Assembly (NCBI RefSeq): GCF_028368995.1
Contig: NZ_JAQNDL010000001.1
Span: forward strand, 1,216,001 to 1,280,000
Length of the DNA stretch: 64,000 nucleotides
Reading direction: 5' to 3'
DNA from: Nannocystis bainbridge
GTDB lineage: Bacteria > Myxococcota_A > Polyangia > Nannocystales > Nannocystaceae
Shown here piece by piece: positions 31,541 to 41,416 of this stretch. Position numbers and translations under genes: made by a program. Each line of letters opens with the position of its first letter. Position 1 is the stretch's first letter. The notes below the pieces were generated by a model. That model had not been told where the DNA came from. It searched no databases and worked only from the letters and a program-made list of their open reading frames with translations.

Positions 31541-31893
31541 CTGCCGTTCATAGTGAACGTCACGTCCTCACACGGCGCCGGAGCTCGACGCCGATGCTGC
31601 CGTCGATCGTGATGTCGCCGCCCGTCGCCGCGTGCGTTCCTTGAGGGCGCGTTGCGGTAGGTCCGCTCGCGGGAGGCTCGCTCGACCAGGACGGCGCGGG
31701 CGTCGACGTTCAGGACCGAGGGGGTCGTGCCAGTGGCAGTCGCCGTGGCCGTCGATGGCGTCGCAAAGCCTCGGCTTTGAACCGCGTCGTGACGAGTTCG
31801 GCCTCGAGGCGCTACCAGGCATCTCGGAGGCTCGAGGATGGACGACGACGAGAAACTGGACGATCGCTACGCCGCGGAGAGGGGTCCGCGCGA

Positions 31894-32436
31894 TCAGAAG
31901 CAGTCGAGGTCCTCGGGGGGGCATTCCAGGGTGTTGTTCTGGAAGATCGCGTCGACGGGTACGGCGCAGTACTCGTCCTCGAGGCAGAGATCGAGGGAGG
32001 GCGCTTCATCACACTTGGCCGGAATCACTGCGCAGAACGGGTTGGGATAGACGAAGTCCGTGTGGGACGCGTTGCAATAGGGCCCGGGGATCACGCAGAT
32101 CTGGCCCTTGTCGCAGAAGAAGTCGTCGCAGGGCGTGGGGGGAGGCTCGGGCTCGCCCTCGGAGCCGCTGGCCGTGGCCATCGTGGTCGTGTCCGGTTCG
32201 CCGGTGGTGTCGACGACGGTATCGGCGGCGCCGGTCGTGTCCGTGGCCGCGGAAGTGGTCGCGGTGGTCTCGCCCGTGGTCGCCAGGCCGGACGTCTCGG
32301 CCGTGGTCTCCGCGGTCGTGCTCGGGTCGGTCCCCGAGGTCCCTGGCTTGCCGCCTTCGGAGGGACAGGCGCTGGTGAGCGAGGCCAGGGTCACGAGAGC
32401 GAGCATCCGTGAAATCCAACGAGGACCAGTCTTCAT
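31894..32436 (-). CDS. Thr-rich/Cys-rich lipoprotein
   Basis: Lipobox LTSAC; T/G/E linker; Cys-rich C-terminal domain. Confidence 0.8.
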   Translation of the reverse strand: MKTGPRWISRMLALVTLASLTSACPSEGGKPGTSGTDPSTTAETTAETSGLATTGETTATTSAATDTTGAADTVVDTTGEPDTTTMATASGSEGEPEPPPTPCDDFFCDKGQICVIPGPYCNASHTDFVYPNPFCAVIPAKCDEAPSLDLCLEDEYCAVPVDAIFQNNTLECPPEDLDCF

Positions 32437-32634
32437 GCCACGCGGCCAAAGCAGGTGTCGTGCCAGGCAAGGATGCCCCGATCTCGGCGCCTTCGCTGCC
32501 TGCGTGGGGTTCTCCGCGACATCGGTGTCACACCGGACTCCCCTGTGCGTCGCGGCGATCCAGGCGACGACGTGCAGGCTACCGAAGTTCTCCCGCGCGG
32601 GGGTGCGCGACCGCGGTCGCCGCGGCACCCGCTG

Positions 32635-33540
32635 TCACGCAGTCTTCTTGCCAGTCTTCCCGGCGGCGAGCTTCTCGGCGGTCGCCTTCGCGGCGGCGGC
32701 GGGTTTCTTGGCTGTCTTCTCGGCGGTCGCCTTCGCGGCGGCGGGTTTCTTGGCTGTTTTCTCGCCGGTCGCCTTCGCGGTGGTGGCGTTCGTTATAGCC
32801 GAATCCTTGGTGGTGTTGGCGGGGGGCTTCTCGGAGGACGACGTGGTATTCGGCGTCGTTCGGCTGCCGTCGCGGTGCAGCAGCAGCACCACGCTGGCGC
32901 CCAGCCACTTGTAGAGGCCGGCCGCCTCCTCCGGCAGCAGTCCGACGTCGACCAGGCGGGCCTCGATCTTGGCCGTGGACGTGTTCAACGGGACGCTCGC
33001 GCCGCGCAGGCGGTCGTAGTAGCCCCGGCCAGTTCCGGTCCCGGCTTGCCAGTACCACACGAAGGCGTAACGGGCCCCCATGGTGAGATAGGCCTTGAGC
33101 GAGTCCATGGGCTTCAGCGTGCAGTCGTTGGCGTCCTCGAAGGCCGTCCGGGCCTGCTTCGGTGACTCGTCGGCACGGTGGATCCACCAGCCGATGCCCT
33201 CGGGGGTCATGGAGTCGAGAACAGCGCGCGCGGCGAAGTTGCCGCGCACGCCGCTCGGCCGCGGGTGCCATGCGAAATTCCGGATCGACGGGATCGCCAG
33301 GTGGCCGCCGTTTTCTCCCTTGCTCTGGTCGGGGTTGTGCTTGTCCTGCTCGAACATCCACGTGAACTCGACGCCCCCGAGAGTCTCCGCGAAGACGTCG
33401 AGCTCCGGAGGCAGCGGGAGACCGGCCCGCTCCTCGGCGGTGAGCGGGGCAGCGAACGCGGCGTCGATGATCGATACGTCGGGTCGGGCCGAGAAAGCGC
33501 GGATGTAGGCTCGGAGGAGCTGTGCGAGGGGGAGCTGCAT
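32635..33540 (-). CDS. SMI1/KNR4 (SUKH)-like protein with a histone-like KAT/AKK tail
   Basis: LPLPPELDVFAETLGGVEFTW resembles the SUKH core; C-terminal KATAEKTAKKPAAA repeats. Confidence 0.55.
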   Translation of the reverse strand: MQLPLAQLLRAYIRAFSARPDVSIIDAAFAAPLTAEERAGLPLPPELDVFAETLGGVEFTWMFEQDKHNPDQSKGENGGHLAIPSIRNFAWHPRPSGVRGNFAARAVLDSMTPEGIGWWIHRADESPKQARTAFEDANDCTLKPMDSLKAYLTMGARYAFVWYWQAGTGTGRGYYDRLRGASVPLNTSTAKIEARLVDVGLLPEEAAGLYKWLGASVVLLLHRDGSRTTPNTTSSSEKPPANTTKDSAITNATTAKATGEKTAKKPAAAKATAEKTAKKPAAAAKATAEKLAAGKTGKKTA

Positions 33541-33586
33541 GTTCGAGGCGTAGCAGGAACGTGGGCAGGCATACAGGGCCCGGGCC

Positions 33587-34768
33587 GTGGCGATCCCCGT
33601 CGAGACGCTGCCGGGCCAGGTCGCCCAGGTCGACTTCGGCGACGTGGGCAAGCTCTACGACCCCAGGGCCGGCGTGCTGCGTCGGGCTTACGTGTTCGTG
33701 ATGGTGCTCGGCTACTCGCGCCACATGTTCGCGCGGATCGTGTTCGACCAGAGCACCGAGACCTGGATCCGGCTGCACATCGACGCCTTCGAATCCTTCG
33801 GCGGCGTGCCGGCGGTCATCGTCCCGGACAACCTCAAGGCGGCGGTGATCCGCGCCGCATTTGCCATCGACGACAAGTCCGTGCTCAACCGCAGCTACCG
33901 CGAGCTGGCGCGGCACTACGGCTGCAAGATCGACCCGGCGCCGCCGTACACGCCCGAACACAAGGGCAAGGTCGAGTCGGCGGTGAAGTACGTCAAGCAC
34001 AACTTCATGCGGCCGCGCGACGAGCTCGACGTCAGCGTGCTACGCCCACAGCTCGACGCGTGGGTCGAGGAAGTCGCCGGTCAGCGTGTACACGGCACGA
34101 CCCGCAAGGCACCCCGGCACCGCTTCGAGACGGTCGAGCGGGCGGCCCTGCTGCCGCTGCCACAATCACCGCATGAGATGGCCATCTGGCACGCCGCGAA
34201 GGTCCACACCGACAGCCACGTCGTCTTCGATAAAGCGATGTACTCGGTGCCCTGGCGCTTCGTCGGCAAGCAAGTCACGGTTCGCGCCTGCCGGGACTCG
34301 ATCGCGCTGTTCTTCGAGGACATTCGAATCGCCACGCACGAGCGCGCAGCCGCGGGCAAGCGACGGACCCACGAGGCCCACCTGCCGGAGGGCCGCCGCG
34401 AGCTGCGTCATCGTAGCCAGAGCAACTGGGAGGAGCGCGCCGACGCGCTCGGCGACGAGGTGGGTGCATACATCCGCGAGGTCTTCGCCAGCGACGACGT
34501 GCTCCTGCAGCTGCGCACGGTGCAAGCGATCGTCACGTACCTCGAGGGCCATCCTGCCCACCGCGCCCGGGCGGCCTGCGCCCGCGCCCGCTACTTCGCC
34601 AGCTACAGCTACGGCGCCATCAAGAACATCCTGCGCAAGGGCCTCGATCTGCAGTCCTTGCCCGGCGTGGTCCTGCCCGAACGCGGGAGGCTGGAGCGTC
34701 CACGATTGGCCCGCGACATCAAGGAGCTGCTCGCGGCTCCCCTGGAAGACACCGATGCACCCCACTGA
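33587..34768 (+). pseudogene. istA: IS21 transposase IstA, 5'-truncated
   Basis: ETLPGQVAQVDFG, VPDNLKAAV, HKGKVESAVKYV; N-terminal HTH region absent. Confidence 0.9.
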
Positions 34769-35525
34769 AGATCTGATCCCCATTCTCAAGAAGCTGCGCC
34801 TGTCGGGCGTCCTCGAATCCCTCGATCTGCGCCGACGCCAGGCCGTCGATGACAGCCTCTCCTTCGACGAATTCCTGTACCGACTCCTGTACGACGAGGT
34901 CGAGCGTCGTGACGGCAAGCAGATGGCCTCACGGCTGCGCCGGGCCAACTTCGAGGGCAGCAAGACCTTCGACAGCTTCGACTTCAACTTCAACCCGAAG
35001 ATCCCCAAGCACAAGCTCATCGACCTCGCGACCTGCAACTTCGTCAACCGGCACGAGAACGTGCTGCTGATCGGCAAGACCGGCGTTGGCAAGAGCCACG
35101 TCGCGCAGGCCCTCGGCCACCGCGCGTGCATGGGTGGCCACCACGTGCTCTACACCTCGGCCCACGACATGCTGACCCAGCTGCGCGCCTCAAGGGCGGA
35201 CGAGTCCTTCGACCGCCGCATGCTCCGCTTCGTCGGCCCCGATCTGCTGATCATTGACGACCTCGGGCTCCGCCCGCTGCGCCACGACGAGCCGATCGAC
35301 CTCTACGAGATCATCCGCCAGCGCTACGAGCACGGCTCGACGATCATTACGTCGAATCGGGCCATCGACGAGTGGCCGCCGCTCTTCGGCGACCCGCTCA
35401 TGGCCAGCGCCGCCATGGACCGCCTGCTCCACCACTGCCAGGTCCTCGAGCTCGACGGCAACTCGTTCCGCAACCCGCCACGCCGGTCTCGCCAGGCGGC
35501 ACCACCGGCCGACAACGCGGCCTAA
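34755..35525 (+). CDS. istB: IS21 helper ATPase IstB
   Basis: GKTGVGKSH, LLIIDDLG, ITSNR, MDRLLHH. Confidence 0.95.
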   Translation: MHPTEDLIPILKKLRLSGVLESLDLRRRQAVDDSLSFDEFLYRLLYDEVERRDGKQMASRLRRANFEGSKTFDSFDFNFNPKIPKHKLIDLATCNFVNRHENVLLIGKTGVGKSHVAQALGHRACMGGHHVLYTSAHDMLTQLRASRADESFDRRMLRFVGPDLLIIDDLGLRPLRHDEPIDLYEIIRQRYEHGSTIITSNRAIDEWPPLFGDPLMASAAMDRLLHHCQVLELDGNSFRNPPRRSRQAAPPADNAA

Positions 35526-35716
35526 TTTCCCGGATGCGCACCGTCGATCAGTTCTGCCGACCTCGAGCGATTCGCTCGGCGGCCCCGATCACGTGACCGG
35601 GCCCGAGATGGCGATCAGTTCTGCCGGCCTCGAGACGATCAGTGCCCCCGACCCTTGACATGCAGGAGAGGGCGATGACTGCACGCGGCGGAGGGCGACA
35701 GGCGGGTTCGCGGAAC

Positions 35717-35735
35717 GCGATTGAAACGCCTATCC
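35717..35735 (+). mobile_element. IS91/ISCR-like oriIS end
   Basis: GCGATTGAAACGCCTATCC resembles the ISCR oriIS consensus GCGTTTGAACTTCCTATAC. Confidence 0.45.
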
Positions 35736-35780
35736 GCTCGGCCCACTCGAGATGACGCCTTCACCCTGACGTTGTTCCAC

Positions 35781-36620
35781 TCACTCGATGACGCGATCCG
35801 CCTCCGCTCGTGCGAGCGCGCGCTTGCGGAGCCCCGCGTCGCTTTCGACGCGTGCGAGCAACGCATCCACCACGCGCAGAGGTGCCGCCGCCGTCGCCCA
35901 CAGTGCGAGGCAACCCGCTTCCGGATCGAAGCGAAATTCGGCCTCCAGCTCAGGCGCCTCCAGCGCCATCACACCGCGCGCGATGCCTGCCCACGACTCC
36001 CCTCCCCCTTGATAGCCCTTCTTCTGGAGCATCGGCGTGAGGGCGCTGCCGACGTAATCGTAGCGATACTGGTTCGGGCCGACCTCTACCAGCTGACCTG
36101 CGGCGAGCTTCTTTGCCTTGGGCGCCTTGGCTTTTTTCGAGGGCTTCGAAGGCTTCGCGGGCGATGGCGCGTGTCCGAAGAGCGCTCCGTTTTCGGGGGC
36201 ATCTGCGAACGCGTCGAGCATTTCGTTCAGCAGGTTCGCTTGCTCGTCTGAAACCTTCCCGCAGGTCTGGAGCGCCTCGAAGGCGTCTTCGATCGTACAA
36301 TACTCCTCCATGGTCGCGACACGCCCGCGCGCGAAGGTCTCGGCGACGATGTCGCGTCGTCGCTGGAGATCGATGTTGGCCTCGCCGACCTTCCGCCAGA
36401 ACGCCTCGACCTCGGGTCCCGCGCCTTCGTTCCATTCCACCAGAAAATCCGTTTCGAGCGAACGGACCGCAGCCGCGGTCGGGTGCTCGCCAGCGAGGGC
36501 CCGAAGCTCGGCGTAGAACGCCAGCGCCAGCTCGTCGGCGCTCTCGCGACGAATGGCCTCGGCGATGTCGAGCAGCGCGAACAGTCGGTCCTTGTGCGGG
36601 TTCGCCCCTGTCTTGGCCAT
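35781..36620 (-). CDS. two-domain immunity-like protein with a C-terminal Imm51-like domain
   Basis: C-terminal KGYQGGGESWAGIA...FRFDPEAG matches the Imm51 pattern (G..GNGY.W...FDPEAG); helical N-terminal domain with WNE...FW. Confidence 0.65.
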   Translation of the reverse strand: MAKTGANPHKDRLFALLDIAEAIRRESADELALAFYAELRALAGEHPTAAAVRSLETDFLVEWNEGAGPEVEAFWRKVGEANIDLQRRRDIVAETFARGRVATMEEYCTIEDAFEALQTCGKVSDEQANLLNEMLDAFADAPENGALFGHAPSPAKPSKPSKKAKAPKAKKLAAGQLVEVGPNQYRYDYVGSALTPMLQKKGYQGGGESWAGIARGVMALEAPELEAEFRFDPEAGCLALWATAAAPLRVVDALLARVESDAGLRKRALARAEADRVIE

Positions 36621-36689
36621 CGGGCGCGACTTTACCAGGTGCCTCGACTACGTGCTCGCTCGCATCATCGCGACAATCGGCCCCGACGA

Positions 36690-36925
36690 ACTGAGTCGAG
36701 AGGTCGGCTGGAAGCCGGGTGGCGGCAGATTCGCTCGAGCTGCTTGCGGTCGCGGCCGTCGGCGGTGGTCGCGGCGTGGAGATTCATGCCGAAGGCGGAG
36801 AGGGTCATCGGCGGCGGCGCGGACTGTGAGCCGGGCGCGGGGTGCGGGCCGGCGAGCGAGCGCTGCACGCAGGCAGCCAGCGCGGGGTCGAGGTCGAGGT
36901 CGAGGTCGAGGTCGTCGTCGGCGGT
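36690..36925 (-). pseudogene. IS91-family (Y2) transposase fragment
   Basis: FGMNLHAATTADGRDRKQLERICR matches the Y2_Tnp motif GFSLHA...DR..LERLCRY. Confidence 0.7.
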
Positions 36926-36930
36926 GCGGA

Positions 36931-37164
36931 CCAGGTCTCGAGCTCGACGGCAACTCCTTCCGCAACCCGCCACGCCGGTCTCGCCAGGCGACCCCGGCAC
37001 CACCGACCGATAACCCGGCCTAATTTCCCGGATGCGCTTCGTCGATCAGTTCTGCCGACCTCGAGCGATTCGCTCGGCGGCCCCGATCACGAGGGCATGA
37101 CCGGGCCCGAGAGGGCGAGCAGTTCTGCCGACCTCGAGACGATCAGTGACCCCGACCCTTGACA
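36931..37164 (+). mobile_element. second, diverged IS21 right end with the istB 3' tip
   Basis: Near-identical to 35438-35660, with small indels; ends CCCTTGACA. Confidence 0.9.
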
Positions 37165-37464
37165 GCCGGCTGGGCTGAACTCGTCGCCGAAGTCGGGAGC
37201 GTTTTCCATAACCCTGCGGGTGACGATCTCATCCGGATTTAAGCGGGTCGAGCCCGCCCTGCGCTGTCCCCGGTGCGGTGCGCTGCTGCGCCCGCACGGG
37301 CTGCTCTTCGACGAGTACGGGCTTCCAGGCCGAGCAGACGCGGACTCAAGCGGCATAAGCAAGGTGTCCAATTTTTCAGGGGCAATCCCACAGACGGCGA
37401 CCCACATGCAGTCCCGACCGATACGCCCGCGTCCGTTGTTGTTCCAACGCGCGGCAGTAACGCG

Positions 37465-37725
37465 CTAGCGGTTCTGCTGTGCCTGCGCCTCTGCCTCGAA
37501 TTTCTCGCGCAGCGCATCGTTACCCCAGCCCTCGCCCTTGAGCTTCACGATCTCGACCACCCTGTCCGCTGCCGAGGCCGCCCACAAGATTCGCACCCCA
37601 CCACTTCCGCCCTTCTTCGTCGTCTTGACCCCGACGAATAGCCCGAGCTTTCGCCATTCCCGAATGGTGGGTACGGTGAGGTCGGCCATTTTCGCCAATT
37701 CCTCGGTTGTGAGGGGGAAGGACAC
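37465..37725 (-). CDS. small MerR/Xis/BldC-like HTH protein
   Basis: LTTEELAKMADLTVPTIREWRKLGLF followed by wing GGVRILW; ~86 aa. Confidence 0.75.
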   Translation of the reverse strand: MSFPLTTEELAKMADLTVPTIREWRKLGLFVGVKTTKKGGSGGVRILWAASAADRVVEIVKLKGEGWGNDALREKFEAEAQAQQNR

Positions 37726-37940
37726 CGCGCGGACGGTACCGGACGCGTCGACGCTGCCGCAAGGGTTCCGGCCTACACTGGAAAATCGCGCCGGCGGTCG
37801 CCGTGAAGAGTGGAAGGGCTCGGGTTCGGGACTCGCGGGTAGTGCAGCTCGATGGTTGCGCCGGCGCGCGTATCCGCGAACCTGCGACATTGTCTCCGCC
37901 GGCGCGATCGCGCGCATGCCGCAGGATGCGCAAACAATCG

Positions 37941-37977
37941 TTGACCCGAGGATAGACAGATGATAGGCCGAGGATAG
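37941..37977 (+). promoter_or_regulatory. putative promoter overlapped by three 11-bp-phased GATAG repeats
   Basis: TTGACC-N17-TAGGCC; GATAG at 37951, 37962 and 37973. Confidence 0.5.
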
Positions 37978-38067
37978 CCGCTCCTGGCTCTGCCAGGGCG
38001 CGCGTCCGCTCTTCGGCCCGTCGGCCGGCTGGACGGAAGCGCGCTTCCGCTGCAACATCGGACGTTG

Positions 38068-38874
38068 ATGGACACCCCGACCCCAGAAACCTCGGGCTCC
38101 GCCGCACAACAAGAGGCCCCTGCCGAGCAGCCGCCCGCCGAGCACCCGCTCGTGGTGCGGTTCGCTACCTGGATGGCTGGCTCACGCGAGGCCGGCCTGG
38201 CGATGCTCCAGCGGGACGCCCCGGACGTGCTGCCGGGCCACCCGCCCGCCGCGTACAAGCGCCCGGGCCTGCGGCAGCACGAATACAAGCGACCGGGCAT
38301 GGTTCGCCAGCAGGGAGAGTCCATCCGCGAGCCCGCTGCCGACTTGTTCGGGCGGCTCCGACAGGTCACCCGCTTGTTCTCCGCTCGCCATAAGATTCAT
38401 GGGTTCGACCTCGACGAGAGCCTCGGACGATTCGACGGGACGACGAAACTCGGGATGAAGCACCCGTTGATTCGCGGCGAGGTGCGGCGGCTGTACGTGC
38501 TGCAGCAAGAGCTACAGCGCAAATGCCTGACAACCGTCCTGATGAACCTGTCTCCCGCCCCGCGCGCCGCCTTTATCTTGCGCGTCATCCTCGGGTTCTC
38601 GCGCGACGAGGTGCACGAGATCTTCGGCTCCCCGACCGGTGCGAGCTCTGCCTATTCCCGCGCGCTGCAAGACCTGGGCGAATATCTCGACCATGTCTGC
38701 GAGCACGTAGAGCCCAAGAACCCCTGTCGCTGCGAGAATCGCCTCGCAAGCGCCGTGGAGCACGGCTTCGTCACCTGGCCGGAGCGCGACGATCTCGCCG
38801 GTGACACGCCCGTGCGATCGCAGAGGCGCCAGGAGTACGAGAAGCTCTTCGCCGCGCTTCCGGCTCCCCAATGA
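38068..38874 (+). CDS. ECF sigma-like protein (region 4 plus Cys-rich C-terminus; region 2 degenerate)
   Basis: LSPAPRAAFILRVILGFSRDEVHEIFG...YSRALQDL, then CEHVEPKNPCRC. Confidence 0.7.
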   Translation: MDTPTPETSGSAAQQEAPAEQPPAEHPLVVRFATWMAGSREAGLAMLQRDAPDVLPGHPPAAYKRPGLRQHEYKRPGMVRQQGESIREPAADLFGRLRQVTRLFSARHKIHGFDLDESLGRFDGTTKLGMKHPLIRGEVRRLYVLQQELQRKCLTTVLMNLSPAPRAAFILRVILGFSRDEVHEIFGSPTGASSAYSRALQDLGEYLDHVCEHVEPKNPCRCENRLASAVEHGFVTWPERDDLAGDTPVRSQRRQEYEKLFAALPAPQ

Positions 38875-38889
38875 GAAGGAGAGCGTCCC

Positions 38890-40521
38890 TTGACCATCGC
38901 CGCGGATAGCCCGTTCCCGCCGCTCGACCCGGCCGATACCACCCGGCGGGCTCCGCAGGAGTCGACCTTCGGCCTGCTCGATCCGCCGATCGACGTGAGT
39001 CCGGCGTTCGAAGTGGGGAGCGTCGACGACGACGATGAGCCGTCCGCGGTGGAAGTGACGGGCCTGACGCTCGGCCCCTTCGCCGAGCGTTACACGCTGC
39101 TGCAGACGCTCGGGGTCGGCGGGATGGGCGTCGTTCAGCTCGCGTACGATCGCGTGGCCTGTCGCAACGTAGCGATCAAGCGGATCAAGCCAAGCTACGC
39201 GGACACGAGCTTCACGGAGCGCTTTCGGCGGGAATACCGAGCGCTCGCGGCGATCGAGCACCCAGGCGTCCCGGCGATCTACGACATCGGGGAGACCGCC
39301 GAGGGCGAGCCGTACTTCGCCATGCAGATCATCACGGGTGAGACAATTCGCGGACGTTTGCGCCGTGAGACCAAGATACCGCCGGCGCGAGCGCTCGCGC
39401 TGGCGATCGATCTCGGCCGCGTGCTGGCGGCGGTTCACGCCGCCGGGGTGATCCACCGTGACGTCAAGCCGGACAATGTGATCCTCGAAGGCGAACGCGT
39501 GCGTCTGATCGACTTCGGGGCGGCACTTCTGACGGCGGACTATTATGATCAGCCGCACCTGCGCGATCCGACCGAGGCGGGCAAGCGCTGGCGAACGTCG
39601 GAGACCGAGTGGATCGGGAATCCGGCGTACATGTGCCCGCAGTGGGTCAACGAGGGCAAGGTCTCGCCAGGAACGGACGTGTTCTCGGTCTGCGTGGTCT
39701 TGTACGAGATGATCACCGGGCGACGCTTGTATGCGCGGGAGGTGTACCGTCACCGCGAGATCCGTGCAGAGGAGTTTGCGCCCGAGCTCGGGCCGCTGGT
39801 CATCGAGCTTCGGCGCGGCGTCTCGCGTGTCGCCGAGCGCCACCGCAGCATGGCCGAGCTGGTCCGGGCGCTCGAGATCGTGCGGTCGCGCCTCGCAGCG
39901 CCGGCGAAGCGATCGTCGCTGCCGTTCCTCGCGGCATCGGTTGCGTCGTTCGCCCTTGGCGTTGGCGCGACCGTGGCTCTTCTGCGCGCGGCGACGCCGG
40001 GCGAGCCGGTGGCCGCGAGCGCGAGCGTCGAACCGTCCGTCGTCGAGTCTTCGCGGGCCGTCGAACCGACGAACGCGAGCGCGGCCGTCGAGCTGCTCAC
40101 CGTCGAGCCCTCGCGGATCGACGAGCCGCCCGTCGTCCAGCCGCCCGTCGTCGCGCCCCCCGTCGTCGAGCCGTCGCGGATCGTCGAGCCTGCGGGCGCG
40201 GGCGCGGTCGTAGAGTCGCCCGAATCGCCGCGGGTCGTCGAGGCCGCGGCCGCGAGCGCGGTCGTAGAGTCGCCCGAGCCACCGCGGCCCGAGCCATGGA
40301 GGACCCGCATGCGCCGTGCCGAAGCTCGCGCGCGGGCCTGCCTGAAGCGCGCGAAGATCGATGCAGAACCGCTTTTGACGACGATCGCCGCGGGCGAGCC
40401 GGCCAACGTTCGCGGCGCCGCCTCGGACTCGCCGGAAACGCGGTGCATCCGCGAGGCCCTGGATCGCTTCGATCTCCACGTCGCGAAGGGGCAGCGACAG
40501 CACACCTTTTTCGATCGGTAG
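38890..40521 (+). CDS. Hanks-type Ser/Thr protein kinase with TM and extracytoplasmic domain
   Basis: GVGGMGVV, VAIK, HRDVKPDN, DFG; atypical GNPAYMCPQ. Confidence 0.92.
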   Translation: MTIAADSPFPPLDPADTTRRAPQESTFGLLDPPIDVSPAFEVGSVDDDDEPSAVEVTGLTLGPFAERYTLLQTLGVGGMGVVQLAYDRVACRNVAIKRIKPSYADTSFTERFRREYRALAAIEHPGVPAIYDIGETAEGEPYFAMQIITGETIRGRLRRETKIPPARALALAIDLGRVLAAVHAAGVIHRDVKPDNVILEGERVRLIDFGAALLTADYYDQPHLRDPTEAGKRWRTSETEWIGNPAYMCPQWVNEGKVSPGTDVFSVCVVLYEMITGRRLYAREVYRHREIRAEEFAPELGPLVIELRRGVSRVAERHRSMAELVRALEIVRSRLAAPAKRSSLPFLAASVASFALGVGATVALLRAATPGEPVAASASVEPSVVESSRAVEPTNASAAVELLTVEPSRIDEPPVVQPPVVAPPVVEPSRIVEPAGAGAVVESPESPRVVEAAAASAVVESPEPPRPEPWRTRMRRAEARARACLKRAKIDAEPLLTTIAAGEPANVRGAASDSPETRCIREALDRFDLHVAKGQRQHTFFDR

Positions 40522-40528
40522 ATGGCCC

Positions 40529-41392
40529 ATGTTTCTCCACCTCGTCCTGGTGTCGACCATGCTCGCGCCGCCGCCCTCCGAGGCTGAGGCGGTCGCGGCC
40601 TTCAACGATGGTAATCTCGAGCTCGCGCTGAAGCTGCACCGCGAGCGGGCCGCCGCGCCGGGCGTCCACGCTCCCGCGGCGCTCTATGGGGTCCATGACA
40701 GCCTACGCGCCCTCTACCGCACGACCGAGAACGTCGCCCACCTGTGCGAGGCCCTCGCCGTGGCGAGCGGCCTGCTCGCGCGAGGGGGCTTCGCCAGCGA
40801 GAAGGAACGGGCCGCGTGGGTCGAGCTGGAAGCGGCGGACGCGGCGCTCGTGCGCAAGGCCGGCGTGCAGTGCCCCACGCCGCCGAGCGAGGCGAGCGAG
40901 CCGACGCCGACACGCGAGCCGCGAGCCGAGGGACCGCCGCCGGTACCTGGCGCGAAGGACAGCCCGACATCACCTGGCACGAAGGACAGCCCGCCGGCAC
41001 CTGGCGCGAAGGACAGCCCGCCGGCACCTGGCGCGAAGGACAGCCCGCCGTGGCGCCCTCGCGGTCGCGTGATCGCGGCGTCCGTCCTTGGTGCTGTCGG
41101 TGTCGGGCTGCTCGGAGGCATGGCGGGCGCGCTCGTGCGGCGCGAGCAGGCGGAATCCGAGCTCGCCGCGATCGCCAGCGCGGGGCAAGGTCGGGAGTAC
41201 ACGGTCGCGGAGCGGGCCGCGGCGCACGACGCCGACGATCGCTATATCCGGCTCCATGCGACATGGCCGGCCCTGCTGATTGTGGGATGTGTAAGCTTAA
41301 TTACAAGTGCCGCAGTCCTGCTCGCGCCGACCCGCGCAGGCTCACGCGCGAGAGCGCGCGCCAGCGGTGCCGGGTTCGTATACTCGTTCTGA
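40529..41392 (+). CDS. secreted/membrane hypothetical protein (TPR-like N-terminus, Pro repeat, C-terminal hydrophobic segments, ends YSF)
   Basis: 287-aa ORF in the operon downstream of the kinase. Confidence 0.75.
   Translation: MFLHLVLVSTMLAPPPSEAEAVAAFNDGNLELALKLHRERAAAPGVHAPAALYGVHDSLRALYRTTENVAHLCEALAVASGLLARGGFASEKERAAWVELEAADAALVRKAGVQCPTPPSEASEPTPTREPRAEGPPPVPGAKDSPTSPGTKDSPPAPGAKDSPPAPGAKDSPPWRPRGRVIAASVLGAVGVGLLGGMAGALVRREQAESELAAIASAGQGREYTVAERAAAHDADDRYIRLHATWPALLIVGCVSLITSAAVLLAPTRAGSRARARASGAGFVYSF
40945..41050 (+). repeat. 27-bp tandem repeat x4 (PGAKDSPPA)
   Basis: ACCTGGCGCGAAGGACAGCCCGCCGGC variants read directly. Confidence 0.9.
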
Positions 41393-41416
41393 GCCCCCTG
41401 GCGCTCGGAGGTCGCG

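Larger units (their letters stand above)
33587..35660 (+). mobile_element. IS21-family element, left end deleted
   Basis: istA-istB pair; right end with repeated GATCAGTTCTGCCG(A/G)CCTCGAG boxes (35546, 35613), terminating ...CCCTTGACA. Confidence 0.9.
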
